Origin: an uncultured Ruficoccus sp.
GTDB lineage: Bacteria > Verrucomicrobiota > Verrucomicrobiia > Opitutales > Cerasicoccaceae
Direction of reading: 5' to 3'
Length of the DNA stretch: 22,859 bases
Assembly (NCBI GenBank): GCA_965140785.1
Contig: OZ223494.1
Span: forward strand, 1 to 22,859
Shown here: positions 8,706-17,517 of the stretch, piece after piece
How positions within the stretch are numbered: position 1 is the stretch's first letter
Layout of the letters: each line of letters opens with the position of its first letter
Translations under genes and position numbers: made by a program
The notes under the pieces: model-generated
Seen by the model: the letters and a program-made list of their open reading frames with translations, nothing else
What the model was told of the DNA's origin: nothing
Database searches by the model: none

Positions 8706-10400
8706 ATGTTCGAAGACCACAACGATACCATCCACGAAATCCTGCGCCAGAGTGAACAGCTCGACGCGGCCCAGCTCGAGGAAATCAACCACGCTCACCT
8801 GGCCACCGGCAAGTCGCTGGCCGAGGCGGTCATCGACTCGGGCCTGATCGAGCGGGCCGAACTGCTCGAAATGGTCGCCGATTACCTCCAGTACGAGTAC
8901 CTGCCGGTGCCGCCCCAGTCGATCCCCGAGGACGTCGCCCGCATGGTCAAGCCCGCCGTGGCCCGCATGTATGCGGTCGTGCCTATCCGCTCGGACGAGC
9001 AGTCCGTCGATCTGCTGGCCAAGGACCCCTTTAACAACAACATTATCGACGACCTGACCTTCTCGCTGAGCAAGGACATCAATCTGGTCGTCACCGATCC
9101 GGACTACCTGGACAACCTGCTCGTCGGCACCTACGGCGACGAGGACTCCTCCATCGACGACCTGCTGGAGGAAATCGCCAGCAGCGAGCCGACGGTCGAT
9201 AATGCCGAGGACTTGAGCGAGTCGGCCCTGGCCACCATGGCCAATGAGACGCCGATCATCCGCTTCGTCAATCTCGTGCTCCAGCAGGCCATCCGCGACA
9301 AGGCCTCCGACGTTCACTTTGAGCCCTTCGAGGACCAGTTTCGCATCCGCTACCGCATTGATGGTGCGCTCTACGAGATGGCCCCGCCGCCCAAGAGCCT
9401 GGCCACGCCGGTTATTTCGCGTATCAAGGTGCTCTCGAACCTCAACATCGCCGAGCGCCGCATCCCGCAGGACGGTCGTATCAAGATGACCATCGCCGGG
9501 CGTCCGGTGGACTTGCGTGTGTCCACGCTGCCCACGCAGTTCGGGGAGAGTGTGGTGCTCCGTGTGCTCGACAAGTCCGTGGTCAATCTCGACCTGGAGC
9601 AGCTCTCCATGCCCGAGGACGTGCTGGAGAACATCCGCGACCTGGTCGCCCGCCCTAACGGTATCTTTATCGTCACCGGGCCGACCGGCTCGGGCAAGAC
9701 GACGACCCTTTACTCCGCCCTGCGCGAGGTCAACAAGACCGAGATCAAGATCCTCACCGCCGAGGACCCGGTCGAGTACGAGATCGACGGCATCATGCAG
9801 GTGGCCATCAACCACACCGTCGGCCTGACCTTCGCCGCCGCCCTGCGCTCCTTTCTGCGTCAGGACCCCGACAAGATCATGGTCGGTGAGATTCGCGACC
9901 TGGAGACGGCGCAGATCGCCGTGCAGGCCTCGCTCACCGGGCACGTTGTGCTCAGCACCCTGCATACCAACGACGCCGCCGGTGCTATCACCCGTATGAT
10001 CGACATGGGGCTGGAGCCGTTCCTGATCTCGGCCTCGGTTGAAGGCATCCTGGCCCAGCGCCTCGTGCGCCGCATCTGCCCGACCTGCCGGACCGCCTAC
10101 GAGCCCGACCAGGAGCTGATCGAGGTGCTCGGTGCCGACCCGCTCGATATCGCCGACAAGCAGTTCTACTATGGCCGCGGTTGCCCGGAGTGCAGCCAGA
10201 CCGGTTACCGTGGACGCCAGGGCTTGTTTGAGATGCTCGCCGTCACCGACCAGATTCGCGAGCTGATCACCAACCGCGCCCCGACCCTGGTTTTGCGTCA
10301 GAAAGCGCTTGAGCAGGGCATGCGCACCCTGCGCGATGACGGCCTGCGCAACATCTTCGATGGTGCAACCACCATTGAGGAAGTGTTAAAATACACCTAG
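8706..10400 (+). CDS. pilB: GspE/PilB-family secretion/pilus assembly ATPase (paralog 2)
   Basis: [48 protein letters not shown] and a CPTC...CPEC Zn motif. Confidence 0.9.
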   Translation: MFEDHNDTIHEILRQSEQLDAAQLEEINHAHLATGKSLAEAVIDSGLIERAELLEMVADYLQYEYLPVPPQSIPEDVARMVKPAVARMYAVVPIRSDEQSVDLLAKDPFNNNIIDDLTFSLSKDINLVVTDPDYLDNLLVGTYGDEDSSIDDLLEEIASSEPTVDNAEDLSESALATMANETPIIRFVNLVLQQAIRDKASDVHFEPFEDQFRIRYRIDGALYEMAPPPKSLATPVISRIKVLSNLNIAERRIPQDGRIKMTIAGRPVDLRVSTLPTQFGESVVLRVLDKSVVNLDLEQLSMPEDVLENIRDLVARPNGIFIVTGPTGSGKTTTLYSALREVNKTEIKILTAEDPVEYEIDGIMQVAINHTVGLTFAAALRSFLRQDPDKIMVGEIRDLETAQIAVQASLTGHVVLSTLHTNDAAGAITRMIDMGLEPFLISASVEGILAQRLVRRICPTCRTAYEPDQELIEVLGADPLDIADKQFYYGRGCPECSQTGYRGRQGLFEMLAVTDQIRELITNRAPTLVLRQKALEQGMRTLRDDGLRNIFDGATTIEEVLKYT

Positions 10401-10514
10401 ACCCGCGGGTTCGGATTTGACGGAACTCCTCGAAATGGGGGCTTGTTTTCGTCCCGCAAATGGCATTTTATCTGAATCTTAGCTCGTTTCACCGTAACAG
10501 AATCTCCCTATCCC

Positions 10515-11798
10515 ATGCCCAAATTCACCTACACCGCAATTGACGCCTCAGGTAAGCAGAAAACCGGCAAGATCGTAGCCAACAGCGAGGAAGAGGCCAA
10601 CAGCAAGTTATCCGCGGGTGGTTTGATGGTGAGCAAGTTGACCGCCGCCTCCGGTGGAGGTGGTGCTCCGGCCCGCAAGGGTGCTCCTGGTCGTGCCGCC
10701 GCCAAGCCCAAGAGAAAGGGCAGCAGCATGTCCTTCGGCAGGCCCATCAACGAGGAAGGCTTGACCATCTTTACCCGGCAGTTGGCCACCCTGCTCCAAG
10801 CCGGCCTTCCCCTGCTGCGAAGCCTGGAGGTCATGATCCGTCAGGAAAAGAACCCGCGCTTCCGCGACATCCTCTCCCAGATCGCCGATAACGTCCGTTC
10901 CGGTAACAACCTTTCCGACGGCCTGGCCCAGCACCCCAAGGTGTTCGAACCCATTTATGTGAACATGATCCGCGCCGGTGAGGCCGGCGGCGTGCTCGAC
11001 GTGGTGCTTTCCCGCCTGGCCCGTTTCATGGAAAAAAACCTCAAGACGAAGAAGAAGGTCAAGTCGGCCATGGTTTACCCGATCGTGGTTGTCTGTGTGG
11101 CCGTGATCATCGTGGCTCTGCTGCTGATCTTCATCGTCCCGCGCTTCCAGAAGATCTTTTCCGACATGCTCGGCGGGGCTGAACTGCCCGTGCTCACCCA
11201 GTGGGTTATCAACTTCAGTAATCTGATCACACCGAACAGTTTCGCCGGTGCCGGCATCATGGTCGGGGTCATCATCGCCCTGATCGTTGGCTTCCGCTTC
11301 GCCGTCAAGTCCGGCCCGGGCCGTAAGGTCCTGGACTGGCTGGCCCTGAATACCCCCAAGATCGGGGACCTCGCCAGCAAGGCCGCCGTGTCGCGCTTTA
11401 CCCGTACCTTCGGGACGCTCCTGTCCTCCGGGGTGCCGATCCTGCAGGCCCTGCAGATCACCCGCGACATTATCGGCAACTCCATCCTGAGCCAGGCACT
11501 GGACCGCGTCCATGACCGCGTGCGCGACGGTGAGCCGCTGGCCGCTCCGCTGGAACAGCAGCGCGTGTTCCCCACCATGGTCACCAGTATGATCGACGTG
11601 GGTGAAGAAACCGGCGAGCTGCCCGAGATGCTCAACCGGATCGCGGACAACTACGACGAAGACGTGGATAACGCCGTGAACAGTATCACCTCGATCATCG
11701 AGCCGATCATGATCGTCTTCCTCGCCCTCGTGGTCGGGACGATCGTTATCGCGTTGTTCCTGCCGATTATTGAAATCATCAAGCAGCTGACCTCGTAG
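10515..11798 (+). CDS. pilC: Type IV pilus/T2SS inner-membrane platform protein PilC/GspF
   Basis: MPKFTYTA start, [45 protein letters not shown] and IIEP motifs, with three hydrophobic segments. Confidence 0.93.
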   Translation: MPKFTYTAIDASGKQKTGKIVANSEEEANSKLSAGGLMVSKLTAASGGGGAPARKGAPGRAAAKPKRKGSSMSFGRPINEEGLTIFTRQLATLLQAGLPLLRSLEVMIRQEKNPRFRDILSQIADNVRSGNNLSDGLAQHPKVFEPIYVNMIRAGEAGGVLDVVLSRLARFMEKNLKTKKKVKSAMVYPIVVVCVAVIIVALLLIFIVPRFQKIFSDMLGGAELPVLTQWVINFSNLITPNSFAGAGIMVGVIIALIVGFRFAVKSGPGRKVLDWLALNTPKIGDLASKAAVSRFTRTFGTLLSSGVPILQALQITRDIIGNSILSQALDRVHDRVRDGEPLAAPLEQQRVFPTMVTSMIDVGEETGELPEMLNRIADNYDEDVDNAVNSITSIIEPIMIVFLALVVGTIVIALFLPIIEIIKQLTS

Positions 11799-11833
11799 GC
11801 TGCTGTTTGACGTTCCGCTCATTTTTTCATCAG

Positions 11834-11862
11834 AAAGGCCGCACTCAAGTGCGGCCTTTTTT
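11834..11862 (+). terminator. Rho-independent terminator (probably bidirectional) after pilC
   Basis: AAA-GGCCGCAC-tcaa-GTGCGGCC-TTTTTT between the convergent pilC and GT2 genes. Confidence 0.85.
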
Positions 11863-11886
11863 GCGTCCGGTTAAAGCAGAGACGCC

Positions 11887-12717
11887 CTATATCTCGTGGA
11901 CAACGGGTGTCGGTTGCCGCTGGGCGGTCCCGGTCAAGCCGGCCCCGGCTTCCACCGTTTTTCGTCCTTTGAGTTCGGCAAGCTTCTGGCGGATTTGCGA
12001 GTCGTCAAAGGCTTTGCGGGGGTGATTGAGGTGGTAAAGCACAGTCTGGTTGACCGGATACTTGCCGGTGTAGCCGCATTGCTTGAGCCGGTCGAAGACA
12101 TCCACGTCCTCGCCGCCCCAGCCCATAAAACTTTCGTCGAAGCCGTCGATCTCCTCCATTGCCTTTTTCGAGGTGGAGAAATTCGCTCCCACCGGCATGT
12201 TCCAGTGGTGCGGGCCGCGGAGTTTGTCGAGCAGGGGGCAGCGGATCGCCGCCTTGCGGTTTTCCATCTGGTTGGCGAGGAGGCGGGGAATGACCTTCGC
12301 CAGGACGGGTCGGAATCCTTCGCACGCGGTTTCCTTCACATAGGCGCGGTTACCCTGGATGTAGCCGCGCGGTTCCGCCATCCGCAGGTGGTCTTCGATG
12401 AAGTGTCGCTCCATCAGGCAGTCAGCATCCGTCAGCACCACCCAGTCGGACCGGGCTTGGTCGATGGCGCGGTTCAGGATCTTGGAACGCTGGTAGCCAT
12501 GGTCCTCATGCCAGACGTGGACGATTCGTGGCCGTGGGGAGGCGGTGGCGAGCGGGTGCCCGCGAAGCGCCTCCAGTACGTCCTCGCCGGAGCCGTCATC
12601 GGCCACGAGCAACTCGTCGGGCAGTCGCGTTTGACGCATAAGCGCGTCGAGAAAGCGTGCTAAAATCTGCGGTTGCTTATACGCCGTTACGATGACTGCC
12701 AGGCTCTTGATGTCCAT
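11887..12717 (-). CDS. Glycosyltransferase family 2 (with galactosyltransferase-like C-terminal motif)
   Basis: VIVTAY, VADDGS, WHEDHG, LNRAI, TDADC (DxD) and GFDESFMGWGGEDVD motifs. ATG at 12717; TTG at 12726 is an alternative start. Confidence 0.9.
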   Translation of the reverse strand: MDIKSLAVIVTAYKQPQILARFLDALMRQTRLPDELLVADDGSGEDVLEALRGHPLATASPRPRIVHVWHEDHGYQRSKILNRAIDQARSDWVVLTDADCLMERHFIEDHLRMAEPRGYIQGNRAYVKETACEGFRPVLAKVIPRLLANQMENRKAAIRCPLLDKLRGPHHWNMPVGANFSTSKKAMEEIDGFDESFMGWGGEDVDVFDRLKQCGYTGKYPVNQTVLYHLNHPRKAFDDSQIRQKLAELKGRKTVEAGAGLTGTAQRQPTPVVHEI

Positions 12718-12827
12718 GGGCTCCAAACAGAGAGGTGAAGGTGCTGAGCCTGTCTGATACGGGAGTGCCCCCGCGCTGGCAAGTATCTATTCGTGTCGCC
12801 TGGTCCGTGGAGGGGAGTTGCGGGATC

Positions 12828-13421
12828 TCAGCCCAACGGTGGGATATGGCCGTAGGGGTGGGAAGCGCCCTGCCCGATGTGCTCAGGCTCAGTTGGTCCG
12901 TGGGCGTGTCTCGCGCTTGCGGGCGGCCCAGCCATCGAGGAAAGTGGCCAGGACGTAGAGAACGACCCGACGGTGATCCCGCTGTCGGCGATATTGAACG
13001 AAGGGTAGCGGTAGCTGCCGAAGTGCAGGTCGATGAAGTCCACCACGTGCCCGTAGGCGAACCGGTCGATCATATTACCGATGATGCCGCCGATGAGCAG
13101 GCCGAAGGCGACCTGCATGAGCGGGCGCTTCAGCCCGAGCGCCGAGCGGTAGTGGAAAATCGCATACAGCGCGACCAGGCCGAACAGGGCCAGGATCAGC
13201 GTGTAGCCCTCCAGCATGCCCCAGGCCGCGCCCTTGTTGGTGATATGGACCAGGTAGAAGAAACCAGGGATCACCGGCACGGGCGGCAGAGACGAGCCGG
13301 CAAAGTAGGTGCCCACCGGCAGCCACTCAACGATGATCAGCTTGGTGACCTGGTCGAGGACCAGCACCAGAAAAGCGACCAGGAAGAGCAGCCGGTAGGG
13401 ATGCAGGCGGGCGGCATTCAT
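12828..13421 (-). CDS. lspA: Lipoprotein signal peptidase II; the C-terminus is frameshifted as sequenced (corrected stop would be 12889)
   Basis: LDQVTK, NKGAAWG, GNMIDR, GHVVDFID and FNIADSGI catalytic motifs. The last TM helix is present in a shifted frame after CCC at 12966-12968. Confidence 0.93.
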   Translation of the reverse strand: MNAARLHPYRLLFLVAFLVLVLDQVTKLIIVEWLPVGTYFAGSSLPPVPVIPGFFYLVHITNKGAAWGMLEGYTLILALFGLVALYAIFHYRSALGLKRPLMQVAFGLLIGGIIGNMIDRFAYGHVVDFIDLHFGSYRYPSFNIADSGITVGSFSTSWPLSSMAGPPASARHAHGPTEPEHIGQGASHPYGHIPPLG

Positions 13422-13430
13422 GCGGCGGCC

Positions 13431-14447
13431 CTAGTTGTCGCCGTCGTCGTCCGTGAAGCTGATCGCTTCGTCGCTGTCCTCGCTGAGGACGCCGACGCGC
13501 TGGATTTTGTTGCGGCGCTGCTTCTCCAGTTCCCGCTGGCCTTCGAGGGAGTAGCGGGTGAAGGGCACGGCCATGAGCCGGTCCTTGGCGATGGGCTCGC
13601 CGGTGATATCACAGGTGCCGTAGGTGCCGTTAAAGATACGCTGGATGGCCTCCTCAATCTCGTAGAGGGCCTCCTGCTCGCTGGAGACGAGGCTCAGGGC
13701 GAAGTCGCGGTCAAAGGTGTCGGTGCCGGCGTCGGCCATGTGCTGGCCATAGCCGGAGAGGTCGCCGGAGTCTTCCTTGTTGGAGCGCTTGAGGGTGTCG
13801 GCGGTGTGAAGCTGGAGGCCGTCGTTGACGTGATCGCGCAGGTCGAGCAGGGCCTTATAGTACTTCGTCCACTTCGAGGGGACTTTGTCCTCGCTCTGGC
13901 TGGCCGCCTTTTCGGCGGGGTTGAAGCCGAGAATGTCACTGAGCGAAGCGGCCCCGTGGTTGCGCGGTTCGACCTTGATGTCCTCGGCAACTGGCTCGGC
14001 CTTTTTCTTTGGCTGGGCCTTACCGGTGGCGGTGTCCGTTTTTTCGTCACCGGACTTACGGTTTTTGAGCATCTCCTCGACATCTTCCATGGTGAAGACG
14101 ACGGGGGTGTTCTTGCCCTTGCGCTGCTTGAAGAGAGCGGGGGTGACGGTGCGCTTGCGCGCGTTGAGCACCATCTCCTTGGTCTTGGAGTCCATGACGT
14201 CTGCCTTGGTGTTGCTGGCGGTCTTGGCTTTGCTCTCGGATTTTTTCATAGTGGAAGGTTTTGCTTTTTTTGTGCCAGTTGCGCTCGTGGCCGTTTTTTT
14301 GGTGGCGGGAGATTTACTGGGAGAAGATTTTTTCGTTTTCGAAGCCGGGGCGGGCTTCTTGGCGCTTTTAGGAGCAGCCTTGTCCGCGGTCTTTTTGTCC
14401 GCAGTTTTCTTTACCGTTTTTTTCTGGGTGGTTTTTTTGGCAGGCAT
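13431..14447 (-). CDS. dksA: DksA/TraR-family transcription factor with a Lys/Ala/Thr-rich N-terminal tail and a single-Cys finger
   Basis: HMADAGTDTFDRD coiled-coil tip, EIEEAIQRI..GTYGTCDITGEPI..RL.AVPFTRYS. It sits in ileS-dksA-lspA gene order. Confidence 0.85.
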   Translation of the reverse strand: MPAKKTTQKKTVKKTADKKTADKAAPKSAKKPAPASKTKKSSPSKSPATKKTATSATGTKKAKPSTMKKSESKAKTASNTKADVMDSKTKEMVLNARKRTVTPALFKQRKGKNTPVVFTMEDVEEMLKNRKSGDEKTDTATGKAQPKKKAEPVAEDIKVEPRNHGAASLSDILGFNPAEKAASQSEDKVPSKWTKYYKALLDLRDHVNDGLQLHTADTLKRSNKEDSGDLSGYGQHMADAGTDTFDRDFALSLVSSEQEALYEIEEAIQRIFNGTYGTCDITGEPIAKDRLMAVPFTRYSLEGQRELEKQRRNKIQRVGVLSEDSDEAISFTDDDGDN

Positions 14448-14471
14448 GTCCGGATCGGGGATTAATGGGGG

Positions 14472-17252
14472 TTAATGTGAGAGGAGGGCATCGCGGTCGC
14501 GCGGCGAAACCTCGCCGTAGTCGCCCGCGGATACCAGTTCGGGCACCCAGCGCCAACTGCGCGGGCAACGCACGCCTTCGGCGTGCTCGGCATTGATCGT
14601 CAACTCGTTGTCATCGGTTGCTTCCAGGCTGACCTCGGAGACGATGAAAAGTTCCGCCAGATGCGGCTCGTAACGCTGGAGCAGGGTAAAGGTGGCGTCC
14701 GCCTCGGGTGCGCCGATGGTGACGCGGGCATCAAGGGACTTACCGATGGTCTTCTGCTCGCGCAGGCCCTCGAGCTGCTCGTTCACGCGGTTGCGGAACT
14801 CCAGCAGCGCGTCCAGGTCGGCAGCGACGGCCTCGTCGTAAAGGGTGGAGTCGATGACGGGCCACTCTTGCAAGTGGATACTGTCCTCGGCGAAGTCGCC
14901 ATCGGCGCTGGCGTAGCAAAGGGCTTCGTCGCAGGTAAAGGTCAGGATCGGGGCCAGCAGGCGCGTGAGACTGCGGAAAATCAGGTGGATCGCGGTCTGC
15001 GAGGAGCGGCGCTCTTTCCAGTCGCGCCCGAAGGTGTAAAGCCGGTCCTTGAGGATGTCGTGGTAGATGCGCGAGAGGGTCACGCCGCAGAAGCGGTCCA
15101 CGAGCTGGTAAACGCGGTGGAACTCCGCCTGCTCAAAGGCCTCGGTGCAGGCCGTGATGAGGTCGGCCGTCTGCTTGAGCGCCCACTGGTCGAGCGGGTC
15201 CAGCTCGCCCTCGGGGACCGAGTCGGTGGCCGGGTCGAAGTCGCTCAGGTTGCCCAGTTGGAAGTACAGGGTGTTGCGGATCGAGCGGTAGGTGTTGGTC
15301 ACGAGCTTGAAGTGCCCGTCGGAGAGGCGGATGTCGCCGCGGTAGTCCTGCGAGCAGACCCACAGGCGCATGATGTCCGCGCCGTATTTCTCCACCCAGC
15401 CGTCGGAGCTCATCGCGCCCTTGGACTTGGAAATTTTCTCGCCTTTGCCGTCCACGATAAAGCCGTGGGTGATGATCTTCTCGTACGGCGGGCGGCCCTG
15501 GGCGATCATGCCCGTCCAGAGGGAGGACTGGAACCAGCCGCGGTGTTGGTCGGAGCCTTCCAGATAGAGGTCGGCGGGCCACTTGAGGTCGGGCTGGTCC
15601 TTGAGCACGGCCAGGTGCGAGCAGCCGGAGTCGATCCACACGTCGAGCGTGTCGGTGCCCTTTTTGAGTTTCTTGCCCGCGAAAGCTTCGGGCAGCTCGA
15701 CGCCTTCGAGCAATTGCTCCGGCTCCTGCTGGAACCAGATGTTGGTGCCGTGGCGGGCGACCTTGGCGGCGATGGCGCGCACGACAGCGGCGTCGAGCAG
15801 GGCGTCGCCGTCTTCGGTGTAAAAGGCCGGGATGGGCACGCCCCAGGAACGCTGGCGGCTGATGCACCAGTCCGGGCGCGTCTCAACCGCGCTGCGGATA
15901 CGGTTCTCGCCGCGCTCGGGGATGAAGCTGACGCCGCCGAGGCCGTCGAGCACCTGCTGGCGCAGGCCGTTGTGGTCGAGGCTGACGAACCACTGGTCCA
16001 TGGCGCGGAAGACCACCGGGGTCTTCGAACGCCAGCAGTGCGGGTACTGGTGCTTGAACCGCTTGCACTGGAGGAGGGCGCCGTTGTCCCCGATGATGGC
16101 GAGCACGGCGTCGTTGGCCGGGCACTTGCCGTCCCGCTCGAGGACGCTGATACCGACGAGGTCGGCGGGGATCTGTCCGTCGTCCACGTAGCAGCCCTTG
16201 TCGTCCAGCGGGCAGTAGATTTCCAGGCCGTACTTGAGGCCGGTCAAATAGTCTTCCAGGCCGTGGCCGGGGGCGGTGTGGACGCAGCCGGTGCCGGCGT
16301 CGGTGGTGACGTAGTCGGCCAGTACGACGGGCGAGGCCCGGTCGATGAAGGGGTGGCGCGTCTGGATACCGTCAAAGTCCTTGCCCGTGTGCAGCGCGCC
16401 GGCGCTGGCGCCTTCGAGGTCGCAGTCGGCGATGAAGGTCTCGGCCAGCGGCAGGGCGACGAGGTAGGTCTCGCCGTTGTGGGCGATCTGGGTGTACTGG
16501 AGATCCGGGTGGACGGCGACGGCGAGGTTTGCCGGGAGGGTCCACGGGGTGGTCGTCCAGATGACGAAAAAGCTGTTCGCGGGCAGGCCGTGCTTTTCGG
16601 GCTCGGTGACGCGGAATTTGACCCAGATCGACGGGCTGACGTGGTCCTGGTACTCGATCTCGGCCTCGGCCAGGGCGGTTTCGCAGGGGATGGACCAGTA
16701 AACGGGCTTCTTGCTGCGGTAAACCAGCCCCTGCTCGACGAAGCTGGCGAAAGTTTTGAGAATTTCGCCCTCGTAGGCGGGGTTCTTGGTCTTGTACTCG
16801 CGGGCCCAGTCGGCCTGGACGCCGAGGCGCTTGAACTGCTCGCGCTGGATGCCGATGTATTTCTCGGAAAAGGCGTCGCACTCCTCGCGCAGTTCGGCGG
16901 GGGAGAGGTCCTTCTTCTGGGCGCGCAGCTCGCGGCTGACCTTGTGCTCGATCGGCAGGCCGTGGCAGTCCCAACCGGGCAGGTAGGGGGTGCGGTAGCC
17001 GCGCATGGACTTATAGCGTAAGATGAAGTCCTTCAGGATCTTATTGAGCGCGGTGCCGATGTGGACGTCGCCATTGGTGAAGGGCGGGCCGTCGTGCAGG
17101 AGGAAGAGGGTGCCGTCGGCGTTCTTCTCCTGAATCTTCGCGTAGAGGTCCAGGTTTTCCCAGTGGGCGAGGCGTTCCGGTTCCCGTTTCACGAGGTTGC
17201 CCCTCATGGGAAATTGGGTCCGGGGGAGATTGAGCGTGTCCTTCAAATTCAT
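14472..17252 (-). CDS. ileS: Isoleucine--tRNA ligase (type 1-like)
   Basis: LKDTLNLP, LHDGPPF, HIGT (HIGH variant), PGWDCHGLPIE, WTTTPWTLPAN, GTGCVHTAPGHG, DWCISRQR, YLEGSDQHRGWF and KISKS (KMSKS variant). Confidence 0.98.
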   Translation of the reverse strand: MNLKDTLNLPRTQFPMRGNLVKREPERLAHWENLDLYAKIQEKNADGTLFLLHDGPPFTNGDVHIGTALNKILKDFILRYKSMRGYRTPYLPGWDCHGLPIEHKVSRELRAQKKDLSPAELREECDAFSEKYIGIQREQFKRLGVQADWAREYKTKNPAYEGEILKTFASFVEQGLVYRSKKPVYWSIPCETALAEAEIEYQDHVSPSIWVKFRVTEPEKHGLPANSFFVIWTTTPWTLPANLAVAVHPDLQYTQIAHNGETYLVALPLAETFIADCDLEGASAGALHTGKDFDGIQTRHPFIDRASPVVLADYVTTDAGTGCVHTAPGHGLEDYLTGLKYGLEIYCPLDDKGCYVDDGQIPADLVGISVLERDGKCPANDAVLAIIGDNGALLQCKRFKHQYPHCWRSKTPVVFRAMDQWFVSLDHNGLRQQVLDGLGGVSFIPERGENRIRSAVETRPDWCISRQRSWGVPIPAFYTEDGDALLDAAVVRAIAAKVARHGTNIWFQQEPEQLLEGVELPEAFAGKKLKKGTDTLDVWIDSGCSHLAVLKDQPDLKWPADLYLEGSDQHRGWFQSSLWTGMIAQGRPPYEKIITHGFIVDGKGEKISKSKGAMSSDGWVEKYGADIMRLWVCSQDYRGDIRLSDGHFKLVTNTYRSIRNTLYFQLGNLSDFDPATDSVPEGELDPLDQWALKQTADLITACTEAFEQAEFHRVYQLVDRFCGVTLSRIYHDILKDRLYTFGRDWKERRSSQTAIHLIFRSLTRLLAPILTFTCDEALCYASADGDFAEDSIHLQEWPVIDSTLYDEAVAADLDALLEFRNRVNEQLEGLREQKTIGKSLDARVTIGAPEADATFTLLQRYEPHLAELFIVSEVSLEATDDNELTINAEHAEGVRCPRSWRWVPELVSAGDYGEVSPRDRDALLSH

Positions 17253-17406
17253 GGCGCGGGGGGCGGTTCTTCACCGCTCGGGAAGCCCGATGAAAAGCGG
17301 GGAAGTCTGCCCGAAAAGCCCGTCGAGTCAAGCGTGGAAACGCGGAGGAGGCTCGCCGTTTGCACCCCGCTGACAGCCAGGCGTTTCGGCCCAAAGGAGC
17401 GTGCGC

Positions 17407-17437
17407 AAAAAAGCGGCGTCCGGGAGGGACGCCGCTT
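17407..17437 (-). terminator. Rho-independent terminator downstream of amtB
   Basis: The - strand reads AAGCGGCGTCC-ctccc-GGACGCCGC-TTTTTT, about 80 nt after the amtB stop. Confidence 0.85.
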
Positions 17438-17517
17438 GGCGGGAAAGAGTCCGGAGAGCCGACTGCGGAGCGGTTTCGAGGGGCGAAACAGCTGCCGGCC
17501 GGCGCCGTGGGGGCTTT

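Noticed and set aside
7210..10082. Near-identical ~30-bp segments shared by pilB1, pilT and pilB2
   Set aside because: They are explained by conserved ATPase motifs and biased codon usage in paralogs, not by a repeat element.
17253..17406. T-box leader upstream of ileS
   Set aside because: No GGTGGnACCGCG T-box or specifier stem is present. The only strong terminator is positioned to end amtB.
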